From contig CAZRKC010000003.1 in NCBI GenBank assembly GCA_964600665.1, forward strand, positions 24,209-88,208: DNA of 64,000 nucleotides, read 5' to 3'. Shown here piece by piece: positions 10,447 through 18,863 of this stretch. The notes below the pieces were generated by a model. That model searched no databases, was not told where the DNA came from, and saw only the letters and a program-made list of their open reading frames with translations. The number at the start of each line of letters is the position of its first letter. Position 1 is the first letter of the stretch. Origin of the DNA: an uncultured Candidatus Sumerlaeota bacterium. Lineage in GTDB: Bacteria; Bacillota; SLNR01. The position numbers and the translations under genes were made by a program.

Positions 10447-10479
10447 GGCTTTGCGATGCGTTGCATGCAAAGCCTTTTT
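10447..10479 (+). terminator. Rho-independent terminator after the beta-glucosidase gene
   Basis: GGCTTTGC/GCAAAGCC 8-bp stem followed by TTTTT. Confidence 0.7.
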
Positions 10480-10843
10480 GATGTTGCAGGTTCTTACTGA
10501 CTTAGCGCGTCATCCCGCTGACAAAGAGGTGCAAATTGCTCGGGATTGCGATATGATATTGATTAGTATCAGGATCAAGGACGTCAACCAGTGGCTGCAT
10601 CCCAAAAGGATTGCATCCCCTGGTTCGATGTCAATCTCAAGATCAGATAAAGGCGGTATGGGTCCACTCATTGCCGGTGCGATGATCACCACACCAGATG
10701 CAAATATTCTAATAATCAATCCACAAGCATCAGCATCATCTTGCGAGTTTCCGGGTATGGAGCGATCCGCATTCGTTGCGGAAATGGATGATCCGGTCTT
10801 GAGACAGGCAAAGGCAAATGGATGATTGATAAGGATGGTAAAT

Positions 10844-12310
10844 ATGAACACAGATGGAAGTGGGAAAATAATCTTCACACCCGTTGAAACGAAACGGGCA
10901 TCGCAGCTGGTCTACGAGACGATCCGGGACCAGATCCTGCGCGGCGAACTGAAACCCGGGGATAGTCTGCCTTCTGAGCGGCACTTGATGCGATTGTACC
11001 GACGCAGTCATCCCACCATCCGGGAAGCCATGCGCATGCTGGAAAGTGCAGGGTTTATTCAGGTCCTGCCCGGGAACACCAGCGTGGTGACCCACCAGGC
11101 AGGGGTTCCCCTGGAACAGCCACTGGCAGAGTATTTGCGTTACACCCGGGTCCCGTATGACCAGATTCATGAGTTCATCCAGTCTGTGGAACCGGAATTG
11201 GCCCGATTGGCAGTTACACGTCGGGATATGGCGGATCTGACAAAAATGAGCCAGCTCCTGGATTTACCAGATAGCAGTCAGCCTTTTGACAGGACCATGT
11301 TTTTAGATTTTCACCGGATTCTCGTTCAATCGACCAGAAATGACCTGGCGGGCATTATCTGGGATGCCGTGGTTAATATCATGGGCAACAGCGGTGTATG
11401 GACAGATGCGACTCCATTCCAGAAGCAACAGGAGATGGTGATGCTGCACCGGCAGTTGGTGCACGCCTTGGAAACACAGGATGCGGATCGTGCCTCACTA
11501 TTGACGATCCAGTGCTGGTCTCAATGGGAGCACGAATTCCAAGCCTTAAAAGCGGAATCCAAAGACAGTATGTTCGAAATAACCGGCCTGAACATGGAAA
11601 ATCATCATCAGCCTGAAAAGCAGTATGCCCGGGTATCGGAAGGGGTCTATGATCAGATAAGACAGAAGATCCTCTCCGGAGAACTCCAGGCAGGAGATCG
11701 TCTGCCCCCGGAACGGGAACTCATGCATATGGTGGGACGCAGCCGGCCGACCATTCGGGAAGCGCTGCGAATGTTGGAGAACAATCATTATGTGACCACA
11801 GCCCGAGGCAGCGGAACTGTGGTGCTGGAAGTGGGACTGCTGGGTGCAGAACGATCCCTGCAGCACTTGCTGCAGTTGAATGCCATCACCGGTGCGCAAG
11901 CCAGTGAATTGCGGAATATCTGTGAAACCGTGGGGGCCGCATGGGCTGCCCAACGACGAAACGCAGACGACCTGGCGCATTTGGATGGCATTTATCAAAA
12001 AGCGATGGCTAGGTTGGACGATGTTCGTTTTTCCATGGAATGCGGGCGCGAACTGAATCTGGCACTGGCCAAAGCGTCTCACAATCATGTCATGGTGGTG
12101 GTCAGTCATCTATTAACCACGGTGAATTACCGGCTGGTGGCGGCATTCTGGGAACAACAGATCAACGATGACCCGGCAAAAATGGTGGTGTATTCCAGAC
12201 AGATCTGGCAGCAGCACGAAAAAATACTGGCAGCTATCAAACAGCAAGACCCGGAGCAGGCGAAAGCAATGACCAAAGCACATATCCAGGAATCCTTGGA
12301 AGGAGTTTGA
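10844..12310 (+). CDS. Tandem-duplicated GntR/FadR-subfamily regulator (two HTH+FCD modules in one polypeptide)
   Basis: Module 1: VYETIRDQILRGELKPGDSLPSERHLMRLYRRSHPTIREAMRMLESAGFI plus an all-helical domain. Module 2: VYDQIRQKILSGELQAGDRLPPERELMHMVGRSRPTIREALRMLENNHYV plus a second helical domain. It is one uninterrupted frame. The start is ambiguous between 10826, 10835 and 10844. Confidence 0.8.
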   Translation: MNTDGSGKIIFTPVETKRASQLVYETIRDQILRGELKPGDSLPSERHLMRLYRRSHPTIREAMRMLESAGFIQVLPGNTSVVTHQAGVPLEQPLAEYLRYTRVPYDQIHEFIQSVEPELARLAVTRRDMADLTKMSQLLDLPDSSQPFDRTMFLDFHRILVQSTRNDLAGIIWDAVVNIMGNSGVWTDATPFQKQQEMVMLHRQLVHALETQDADRASLLTIQCWSQWEHEFQALKAESKDSMFEITGLNMENHHQPEKQYARVSEGVYDQIRQKILSGELQAGDRLPPERELMHMVGRSRPTIREALRMLENNHYVTTARGSGTVVLEVGLLGAERSLQHLLQLNAITGAQASELRNICETVGAAWAAQRRNADDLAHLDGIYQKAMARLDDVRFSMECGRELNLALAKASHNHVMVVVSHLLTTVNYRLVAAFWEQQINDDPAKMVVYSRQIWQQHEKILAAIKQQDPEQAKAMTKAHIQESLEGV

Positions 12311-12312
12311 TC

Positions 12313-12341
12313 AAAAAGCATCGCTAACCGGTGCTTTTTTG
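12313..12341 (+). terminator. Rho-independent terminator after the regulator gene
   Basis: AGCATCG/CGGTGCT stem (one G-U pair) with a 5-nt loop, followed by TTTTTT. Confidence 0.7.
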
Positions 12342-12342
12342 G

Positions 12343-12371
12343 TTGCCAAGCGCCACGCTCCGTGGTATAAT
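12343..12371 (+). promoter_or_regulatory. Sigma-A-type promoter of the oxidoreductase operon
   Basis: TTGCCA (12343-12348), 17-nt spacer, TGgTATAAT extended -10 (12366-12371). Confidence 0.6.
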
Positions 12372-12388
12372 TGGTCAGAACAGTTATA
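12366..12388. promoter_or_regulatory. Imperfect palindrome overlapping the -10 box (candidate GntR/FadR operator)
   Basis: TATAATTGGTC-A-GAACAGTTATA. Arms match at 9 of 11 positions around centre 12377. The core TGgTCAGAaCA resembles FadR-subfamily TGGT...ACCA-type sites. Confidence 0.45.
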
Positions 12389-12424
12389 TATTTAAAACGG
12401 ATCTCAATCCTGGGAGGTGGGTGT

Positions 12425-12628
12425 ATGCCCCGAATCGAAATCGACTCCGAACTGTGCAAAGCATGTAAACTTTGTATCGGTGTGTGTCCTCAGAAAATCA
12501 TTGAATTGGGCGAGGTGTACAATTCCAAAGGCTATTATTACGCCAAGCAAACAGAAAATGGTCATTGTATCGGGTGCAAAATGTGTGCCATCATCTGTCC
12601 GGATGCGGCTATCACCGTTTATCAGTAA
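12425..12628 (+). CDS. 2-oxoacid:ferredoxin oxidoreductase delta subunit (2x[4Fe-4S] ferredoxin)
   Basis: 67 aa with CKACKLCIGVCP and CIGCKMCAIICP clusters. ATG 12425 follows GGGAGGTGGG. Confidence 0.85.
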   Translation: MPRIEIDSELCKACKLCIGVCPQKIIELGEVYNSKGYYYAKQTENGHCIGCKMCAIICPDAAITVYQ

Positions 12629-12642
12629 AGGAGGCATGGCAA

Positions 12643-13695
12643 ATGGCAAAAAAAGAATTGCTGGAAGGGAATATTGCTGTCTGTATGGCGGCTATTCGCG
12701 GCGGCTGCCGGTTTTATGCCGGTTATCCCATTACCCCACAGACATCCATCACAGAGTATTTTGCATTACATATGGCTGAAGCAGGCGGCGACTTCATCCA
12801 GGCAGAAAGCGAAATCGGTGCCATTAATATGGTAGCCGGAGCATCTGCCGGCGGACTGCGGGCGATGACCGCCACATCTGGTCCCGGATTTTCCCTCATG
12901 GCAGAAGGCATGTCGTTTATGGCTGGTGGTGCTTTGCCCGGCGTGATCGTGGATGTTCAGCGCTCCGGTGCCGGGGGTGGAAACCTGCTGGCATCCCAGA
13001 GTGACTATAACTATGCCACAAAAACCTTGGGGCACGGCGGTCTACGCGCCTTTACCGTGGGTCCGGAATCCGTTCAGGAAGCTGTGGACTGGACATATAA
13101 AGCATTCGATATCGCGGATCAATACCGATGTTTGTTCATCCTGTTGACCGACGGCATGACCGGGCAGATGATGGAGCCGGTTGTCCTGCCACCATATAAG
13201 ACGGAGTTCCCCTCTAAAAACTACATTGCGAACGGGAATGAAGGCCGGGAACGCCGGGTGGTCAAAGAGTTCGAATTCGATATCTATACCCTGGAGAAAA
13301 AATACAAACAGTATGCCAGGATGTATGAAGCGTGGGCAGAGACTGAAGCAGCCTGGGAAGAAGTTGCCATGGAAGATGCTGAAATCGTGATCACAGCCTG
13401 GGGCTCTGCGGCACGCATTACCAAAACTGCCGTGGAGAATTTGCGGGAGCAGGGTATCAAGGTTGGACTGATTCGTCCCATCACTCTTCATCCGTTCCCG
13501 AAAGCACCCTATGAAAAACTGGATCCCAGTCGAGTCCGACAGATCCTCACCGTAGAAATGGCAGATCCGCCGCAGTTCTTCTATGATGTGGATGCCGTGT
13601 TAGCCAGACGGATTCCCCATCAGTATTTCACCCGGTCCGGCGGTGTGATTCCGAATCCGGATGAGATTGAAGACGCGGTGAAAAAGCTCATTTGA
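12643..13695 (+). CDS. 2-oxoacid:ferredoxin oxidoreductase alpha subunit (Kor/Vor type)
   Basis: 350 aa with the GYPITPQT motif typical of OFOR alpha subunits. ATG 12643 follows AAGGAGG. Confidence 0.85.
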   Translation: MAKKELLEGNIAVCMAAIRGGCRFYAGYPITPQTSITEYFALHMAEAGGDFIQAESEIGAINMVAGASAGGLRAMTATSGPGFSLMAEGMSFMAGGALPGVIVDVQRSGAGGGNLLASQSDYNYATKTLGHGGLRAFTVGPESVQEAVDWTYKAFDIADQYRCLFILLTDGMTGQMMEPVVLPPYKTEFPSKNYIANGNEGRERRVVKEFEFDIYTLEKKYKQYARMYEAWAETEAAWEEVAMEDAEIVITAWGSAARITKTAVENLREQGIKVGLIRPITLHPFPKAPYEKLDPSRVRQILTVEMADPPQFFYDVDAVLARRIPHQYFTRSGGVIPNPDEIEDAVKKLI

Positions 13696-13725
13696 TTGGC
13701 GAATTCAAGGAAAGGGTGAGGCAAA

Positions 13726-14478
13726 ATGACAGTGGTATACCAAAAAAGCAAAGGGCTGCTGCCGGTATCCCCCGGATACTGTCCGGGGTGCATGCACTCC
13801 ACAGCGCATAAGATCATTGCTGAAGTATTGGAAGAGAAGCAAATTCTGGGGAAGACCATTCTGGTTTTACCGGTGGGTTGTTCGATTTTAGCCACCAACT
13901 ATTTTAACTTTGACCTCCTATGCTCACTTCATGGCCGGGCGGCAGCCAATGCCGTGGGCTTAAAGCATGCGCAGAAAGACAAAGTTGTCCTGGTGTATCA
14001 GGGAGATGGAGATGCGGCATCCATCGGGCTAACTGAAACCTTCTATGCCGCCAATCGGGGTGAACCGATTACAGTGATCATGATCAACAACCAGATCTAT
14101 GGCATGACAGGCGGTCAGCTGTCTCCTTGTACATTGATGGGTCAGCAGACCACCACCACATCCGCCCAGGGACGACAGGCGATGGAAAGCGGTTATCCCG
14201 TGCGCATGGCAGAAATCATCAGTCAGCTGGAAGCGCCCATGTTTGTCGGCCGGTTTGCCCTCCATAAACCGGCAGAAATCCTCAAAGCCAAAGCGGCCAT
14301 CGCCCGTGGGATCGATCTGCAGATCAACTGCAAGGGCTATTCCTTCATAGAGTTATTATCAGCTTGTCCCACCAACTGGGGCATACCCACAGATGAGACC
14401 CCGGGATATATGGATGAAAAAGTGATTCCGGTGTTCCCACTAGGGATATTCAAAGAGCCGAAAGGAGTGGAAAACTGA
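13726..14478 (+). CDS. 2-oxoacid:ferredoxin oxidoreductase beta subunit (TPP-binding)
   Basis: 250 aa with CPGCMH and GDGD...NNQIYGMTGGQ TPP motifs. Confidence 0.85.
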   Translation: MTVVYQKSKGLLPVSPGYCPGCMHSTAHKIIAEVLEEKQILGKTILVLPVGCSILATNYFNFDLLCSLHGRAAANAVGLKHAQKDKVVLVYQGDGDAASIGLTETFYAANRGEPITVIMINNQIYGMTGGQLSPCTLMGQQTTTTSAQGRQAMESGYPVRMAEIISQLEAPMFVGRFALHKPAEILKAKAAIARGIDLQINCKGYSFIELLSACPTNWGIPTDETPGYMDEKVIPVFPLGIFKEPKGVEN

Positions 14479-15023
14479 TGGATGCGTCCATTTTGATCGG
14501 GGGATTTGGCGGACAAGGCGTGCAGACATTGGGTAAATTGCTGGCGTATGCGGCGAATGATGCGGACCAGCATGTGACATTCTATCCGGCCTATGGTGGT
14601 GAGATGCGCGGTGGAACTTCCAATTGCACCGTGGTAATCAGCGACCGGAAAATCGGCGCCCCCGCTCGCAATCTGTGCGATTATGTCTTGGCTCTGAACA
14701 GTCCGTCCAGTAAGCGGTTTGAATCCAGGGTCAAACCGGGTGGGGTGATGATCGTAAACAGTTCGCTGGTGAAAGATCTGCCGACCCGGACCGACATCCA
14801 GGTGATCCAGCTGCCCATCAATGATCTGGCGGCCGAGATGGGGAATATGCGGGCTGCCAATGTGATTCTGTATGGCTTCTTCACATCTTATAGCCAGGTG
14901 GTGGCAGAAGACAGTGCCAGGAATACCCTCAAGGAACGGTTGGGGCGAAACGAGTCATATGCTCAAATGAATGAACAGGCGTTTCTCAAAGGGAAAGCCC
15001 TGGCTGATAACATCAAAAAATAA
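14478..15023 (+). CDS. 2-oxoacid:ferredoxin oxidoreductase gamma subunit
   Basis: 181 aa with GGFGGQGVQTLGKLLA and YGGEMRGG motifs. Its start overlaps the beta-subunit stop. Confidence 0.85.
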   Translation: MDASILIGGFGGQGVQTLGKLLAYAANDADQHVTFYPAYGGEMRGGTSNCTVVISDRKIGAPARNLCDYVLALNSPSSKRFESRVKPGGVMIVNSSLVKDLPTRTDIQVIQLPINDLAAEMGNMRAANVILYGFFTSYSQVVAEDSARNTLKERLGRNESYAQMNEQAFLKGKALADNIKK

Positions 15024-15037
15024 GGTAATAAACGACC

Positions 15038-15069
15038 ACACCCTCGGAATCTCTTGATTCCGAGGGTGT
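15038..15069. terminator. Bidirectional hairpin terminator between convergent operons
   Basis: Perfect 13-bp stem ACACCCTCGGAAT/ATTCCGAGGGTGT with a 6-nt loop, between the gamma-subunit stop and the ggt stop. Confidence 0.65.
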
Positions 15070-15200
15070 AATTAATTGGGCGGAAATTCCCTGAGTCGTT
15101 TGCAATGAATTCGTCTTCCAACTTCCAAATATCATATGGAAACGATGTGTATGAATTCATTGAGAACCGGATTGTCATGCTGGTCAGTCCGGGTTTCAGA

Positions 15201-16811
15201 TCAATAACAGCAGATAGTGCCGTCGGTTCTGGATTCCGTTCCGCCGTAATAAACGCCATTTTCCCGCCAAATGATCTGGCCTCGTCCGAATAACAAGGCA
15301 CTGGTTTCATAGATAATATCATGCCCCAGGCGCTCCAGGGCGCCCGTATAGTAAGACGGGAAACCGGGTTCCACGATAAACTTCTTGCCGTTGGTCCACT
15401 GCCAGCGGGGCGCATCCAAGGCCATCTGGGGGTTCAGCCCGAAGTCCAGCATGTTCATGATCACCTGAACATGCCCTTGGGGTTGCATATAGGCGCCCAT
15501 GACACCGAACGGTCCCACAGCTTTCTGGTCTTTCATGATGAAGCCGGGAATAATGGTGTGATAAGTCCGTTTCCCACCGGCCAGACAATTGTCATGAGAC
15601 GGATCCAGAGAAAAGTCTGCACCTCGGTTCTGCAATCCGATTCCCGTTCCTTCCACCACGGCACCGGACCCGAAACCCAGGTAGTTGCTTTGGATGTACG
15701 AAACCATGTTCCCCTCGGCATCGGCGGTGCATAAATAAACCGTCCCGCCAGGTGCCGGACTGCCCGCGTTGAAATCCTGAGCATGTGTCCCGATAAGTTT
15801 CCGGCGTTCAGCCCCGTATGCATCCGTGAGGAGATCTCTAGGGGACACCGTCATGTGTTTGGCGTCCGTTACGTATTTTTTCCCGTCGGCAAACGCCAGC
15901 TTGATGGCTTCAAATTGTTTATGGAATGTGTCGATGTCATCCCGGGCAGCAAAATTGAACCCTTTGAGGATGTTCAGCGCGATCAAAGCCACGATTCCCT
16001 GGCCGTTGGGCGGGATCTCGCAGATATCGTATCCTTTATAATTCACGCTGATCGGTTCCACCCATTCCGGCTGGTAGGCCGCCAGATCGTCTTTGGTGAT
16101 AAACCCGCCGTGGGTCCTGGCGCTTTGATCGATGGCTGCTGCCAGGGCACCCCGGTAAAAACTCTCCGCATTCGTTGCCGCGATGTCAGCCAGGGTTCGG
16201 GCATGATTGGGTAGTTTGACGAGATCGCCGGCCTTGGGTGCTTTGCCCCCGGGCATATATGTGCGGAGCCATTCCGCCAGGACTTCATCGCTGAGATGGG
16301 CTTTCAGCCGTTCGTATCCCTTTTCCCAGTAGTAGCCGACGATGGTGGACACCGGATAGCCATCCCGGGCATAGCCGATGGCCGGGGCTAATGTTTCGGT
16401 CATTGGCAACTTGCCGAACCGTTTGACTAAGGCCGCCCAGATTGCCGGCTGTCCCGGTACCGTTACGGTATCCCATCCGAAGGTGGGCATTTTGGTATAG
16501 CCTTTGTTTCGCATGGCCTCAATGGAAATGCTTTGCGGTGAATATCCGCTGCCATTGATGCCGTAGAGTTTCTGTTCCTTCTCCATCCAAACCAGAGCAA
16601 AGGCATCCCCACCGATGCCGTTGGAAGTGGGCTCCACCACGGACAGACATGCAGCCATGGCTACCGCAGCGTCCACGGCATTGCCGCCGTTTCGCAGGAT
16701 ATGCATCCCGGCATTGGCAGCCAGGGGGTGGGAAGTGGCCACCATGGCGTTTTCGGCGATCTGGGTATATCGATTGGACGGGTAAGGCTGAAAGTGACAG
16801 TCGAATTTCAA
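15201..16811 (-). CDS. ggt: Gamma-glutamyltransferase-family Ntn hydrolase, no signal peptide (predicted cytoplasmic)
   Basis: MVATSHPLAANAG..GGNAVDAAVA, an autoprocessing/nucleophile region PGGTVYL, and a GFGSG motif. Start reassigned to TTG 16811 behind AAGGAGA, giving MKFDCHFQPYPSNRY. The ORF-track N-terminal 115 codons are judged non-coding. Confidence 0.85.
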   Translation of the reverse strand: MKFDCHFQPYPSNRYTQIAENAMVATSHPLAANAGMHILRNGGNAVDAAVAMAACLSVVEPTSNGIGGDAFALVWMEKEQKLYGINGSGYSPQSISIEAMRNKGYTKMPTFGWDTVTVPGQPAIWAALVKRFGKLPMTETLAPAIGYARDGYPVSTIVGYYWEKGYERLKAHLSDEVLAEWLRTYMPGGKAPKAGDLVKLPNHARTLADIAATNAESFYRGALAAAIDQSARTHGGFITKDDLAAYQPEWVEPISVNYKGYDICEIPPNGQGIVALIALNILKGFNFAARDDIDTFHKQFEAIKLAFADGKKYVTDAKHMTVSPRDLLTDAYGAERRKLIGTHAQDFNAGSPAPGGTVYLCTADAEGNMVSYIQSNYLGFGSGAVVEGTGIGLQNRGADFSLDPSHDNCLAGGKRTYHTIIPGFIMKDQKAVGPFGVMGAYMQPQGHVQVIMNMLDFGLNPQMALDAPRWQWTNGKKFIVEPGFPSYYTGALERLGHDIIYETSALLFGRGQIIWRENGVYYGGTESRTDGTICCY

Positions 16812-16897
16812 AATACCATCTCCTTGTATGGGGTCCGTGAAAGACTCCGAGATTTCCTTGTGGTTATTAATTATTCGCCGGTAGCGGTTTATCCTTT

Positions 16898-16923
16898 TCC
16901 GGCAGATGAAAACATCTGCCGGA
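16898..16923. promoter_or_regulatory. Perfect palindrome/hairpin in the ggt-permease divergent intergenic region
   Basis: TCCGGCAGATG-AAAA-CATCTGCCGGA forms an 11-bp stem. It lies about 90-110 nt upstream of the ggt start on the minus strand and has no U-tract. Confidence 0.4.
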
Positions 16924-17005
16924 CCATTTGCCAGAGCCAAAGGCGATATATGAGCAATGCCGGGCTGAATATTGAACAAAATTATGGGCACAACACCTGA
17001 AGTCC

Positions 17006-17034
17006 TTGCCAACGGCTGTTCCTTCCGATATATT
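17006..17034 (+). promoter_or_regulatory. Sigma-A-type promoter of the permease operon
   Basis: TTGCCA (17006-17011), 17-nt spacer, TATATT (17029-17034). Confidence 0.5.
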
Positions 17035-17128
17035 AGTAATTGGGTTTTACCGTCGGTCACAGGTGGGTCATTGAGACAGTCTGATCGCAAACATGAACCA
17101 TCTACTTCAGAACAAAAGGAGATCCATA

Positions 17129-18667
17129 ATGCACACCCTTTTGGCCTTTGCGCCACTGCTGATTTTACTGTCCTGTCTCTTGATTTTTAAACTCTCTGCG
17201 TCAAAATCCGCCGCCTTGGCGGTGCTTTCCGCCATTATCATTGCATTTACGGCTTTCGGCATCGACGGGTTCGGACTGTCTGTAGCCATGAGCAAGGGAA
17301 TGGCTCTGGCCTTGTATGTTTTGCTGATCATCTGGGCGGCAGTCTTTCTCTACCATCTGGTATATGCCTTTGGGGCCATCGACGTGATCACTAAGAACAT
17401 CCTGCTGTTTATCAAAGATCCCTTCACCCAGTTTTTGATCCTGGCCTGGCTCTTTGCCTCCGTGCTCCAGGGGATCGCAGGCTTTGGTGTTCCTGTGATC
17501 ATCGTGGTGCCGATTCTGATCCATATGGGTTTTGACCGGCTGAAATCTGTTTCCGCGGTTCTTTTGGGTCACTCCTGGTCCGTCAGTTTCGGGTCCATGG
17601 GGTCGTCCTTTTTCACCATCGCCCTGGTCACCAACTTAAATCAGCAAAACATCGGTTATGCCATGGGTATCTTTGACGCCCTGGCCATGGTGATGATGGG
17701 GCTGATCGTCTGCTATATCTACGGTGGGTTGACCTATCTGAAAAAGGGTTTGATCTATGTTATCCCGTCATCTTTGGTGATGATCGCGGTGATGTTTACG
17801 GTGATTCGCCTGAACCTCGTCTCGCTGGTGGGACTCCTGACCGCTTTATCCGGCCTGATCACCATGTTTTCGATCTATGTGATCAAAGACCGCCCCGGAC
17901 GTCCGAAAGAAATGTATTGCAGCCAGCTGACCCTGGGGAAAGCCTTGCTGCCGTATCTGATGATCATCGGCCTGTCGTTGCTCTTTCAAACCATGAAATT
18001 AGGCCGATATTACATTGCCTTTAAATTCCCTGCCTTTGTCACCGCATTAGGATATGCAGTCACCCCGGAAAAGGCTTATGCCAAGATCCTCCTCTTCGGT
18101 CACCCGGCACCCATTATTCTCATGGCATCTGCCGTGGGGATGCTGGTCTACTGGCAGTCCGGGATCTGGTCTGGGTCCAAAATGCAGAAGGTGATCCAGG
18201 ATACGGTGAATAAGAACATCAATACATCCTTGACTTTGATCTTTCTCATTACCATGGCATTAGTGATGATGGATTCCGGCATGACCACCACGCTGGCCAC
18301 TCAGGTGGCAGCGGTCACGGGCAGTGCGTATCCGTTATTTGCCCCCCTCATCGGTGTCCTGGGGAGTTTCATCACCGGCAGCAACACCAATTCCAATGTC
18401 ATTTTCGGCAAGTTCCAGATCTCAGTGGCCACCGCCTTAGCCGTCAGCCCGTATATCATGGCTGGAGTCCAGTCCATTGCCGGGTCCATCGGGGTCAGTG
18501 TGGGACCCACGACCATGCTTATGGCGGCTTCTGCATCCGGCATGACCGGCCAGGAGCCGGAAATCTATAAAAAAGTGATCAAACCGGTCCTGCTCACCGC
18601 GTTGCTGATGGGGATCCTCAACTATCTGCTGCTCATGGTGTTCCGGATCAATATTGGAGGTTTATGA
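17129..18667 (+). CDS. LctP-family 2-hydroxycarboxylate (L-lactate/glycolate) permease
   Basis: 512 aa and highly hydrophobic with more than 12 TM segments. It has the family-typical GSFITGSNTNSNVIFG motif. ATG 17129 follows AAAGGAGA. Confidence 0.8.
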   Translation: MHTLLAFAPLLILLSCLLIFKLSASKSAALAVLSAIIIAFTAFGIDGFGLSVAMSKGMALALYVLLIIWAAVFLYHLVYAFGAIDVITKNILLFIKDPFTQFLILAWLFASVLQGIAGFGVPVIIVVPILIHMGFDRLKSVSAVLLGHSWSVSFGSMGSSFFTIALVTNLNQQNIGYAMGIFDALAMVMMGLIVCYIYGGLTYLKKGLIYVIPSSLVMIAVMFTVIRLNLVSLVGLLTALSGLITMFSIYVIKDRPGRPKEMYCSQLTLGKALLPYLMIIGLSLLFQTMKLGRYYIAFKFPAFVTALGYAVTPEKAYAKILLFGHPAPIILMASAVGMLVYWQSGIWSGSKMQKVIQDTVNKNINTSLTLIFLITMALVMMDSGMTTTLATQVAAVTGSAYPLFAPLIGVLGSFITGSNTNSNVIFGKFQISVATALAVSPYIMAGVQSIAGSIGVSVGPTTMLMAASASGMTGQEPEIYKKVIKPVLLTALLMGILNYLLLMVFRINIGGL

Positions 18668-18813
18668 TGACCCGTAAAATCGCACTGGTTTTGTTCATCC
18701 CCGTATTTTATATGCTGTATTATGCCAGCAGCAGTGGTGATACGGCCATAGGAACCGCCGGGATCCTGGCGTTTATGGTGCTGGCTGCCGCTCAGTTTAT
18801 TTTGAAAAAATGA
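18664..18813 (+). CDS. Unannotated micro-ORF: 48-49-aa two-helix membrane peptide translationally coupled to the permease
   Basis: ATGATG overlaps the permease TGA (18665-18667), and GGAGG lies at 18656-18660. The peptide is MMTRKIALVLFIPVFYMLYYASSSGDTAIGTAGILAFMVLAAAQFILKK. It is below the ORF-track cutoff. Confidence 0.55.
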   Translation: MMTRKIALVLFIPVFYMLYYASSSGDTAIGTAGILAFMVLAAAQFILKK

Positions 18814-18838
18814 GGGACTCTTCCAACATGCTTGCTGC

Positions 18839-18863
18839 AGCAACCTTTTGGGGTTGCTTTCTT
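18839..18863 (+). terminator. Probable terminator after the permease/micro-ORF
   Basis: AGCAACC/GGTTGCT stem followed by TTCTT. The stem is modest and the U-tract is interrupted. Confidence 0.4.

Noticed and set aside
10430-10878. Overlapping ORFs 10430-10825 (+, 131 aa) and 10510-10878 (-, 122 aa) between the beta-glucosidase and the GntR gene.
   Set aside because: - They are mutually exclusive.
- Neither has a recognisable motif or a good RBS.
- The + ORF starts inside the bglB end and runs through its terminator, and the - ORF starts inside the regulator gene.

I treat the stretch as a promoter or untranslated region, or possibly a decayed gene.
16812-17156. N-terminal 115 codons of the 651-aa minus-strand ORF-track call for the GGT homologue.
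   Set aside because: This part shows no family similarity and overlaps the divergent permease promoter and start. A TTG with a strong RBS at 16811 gives the canonical family N-terminus.
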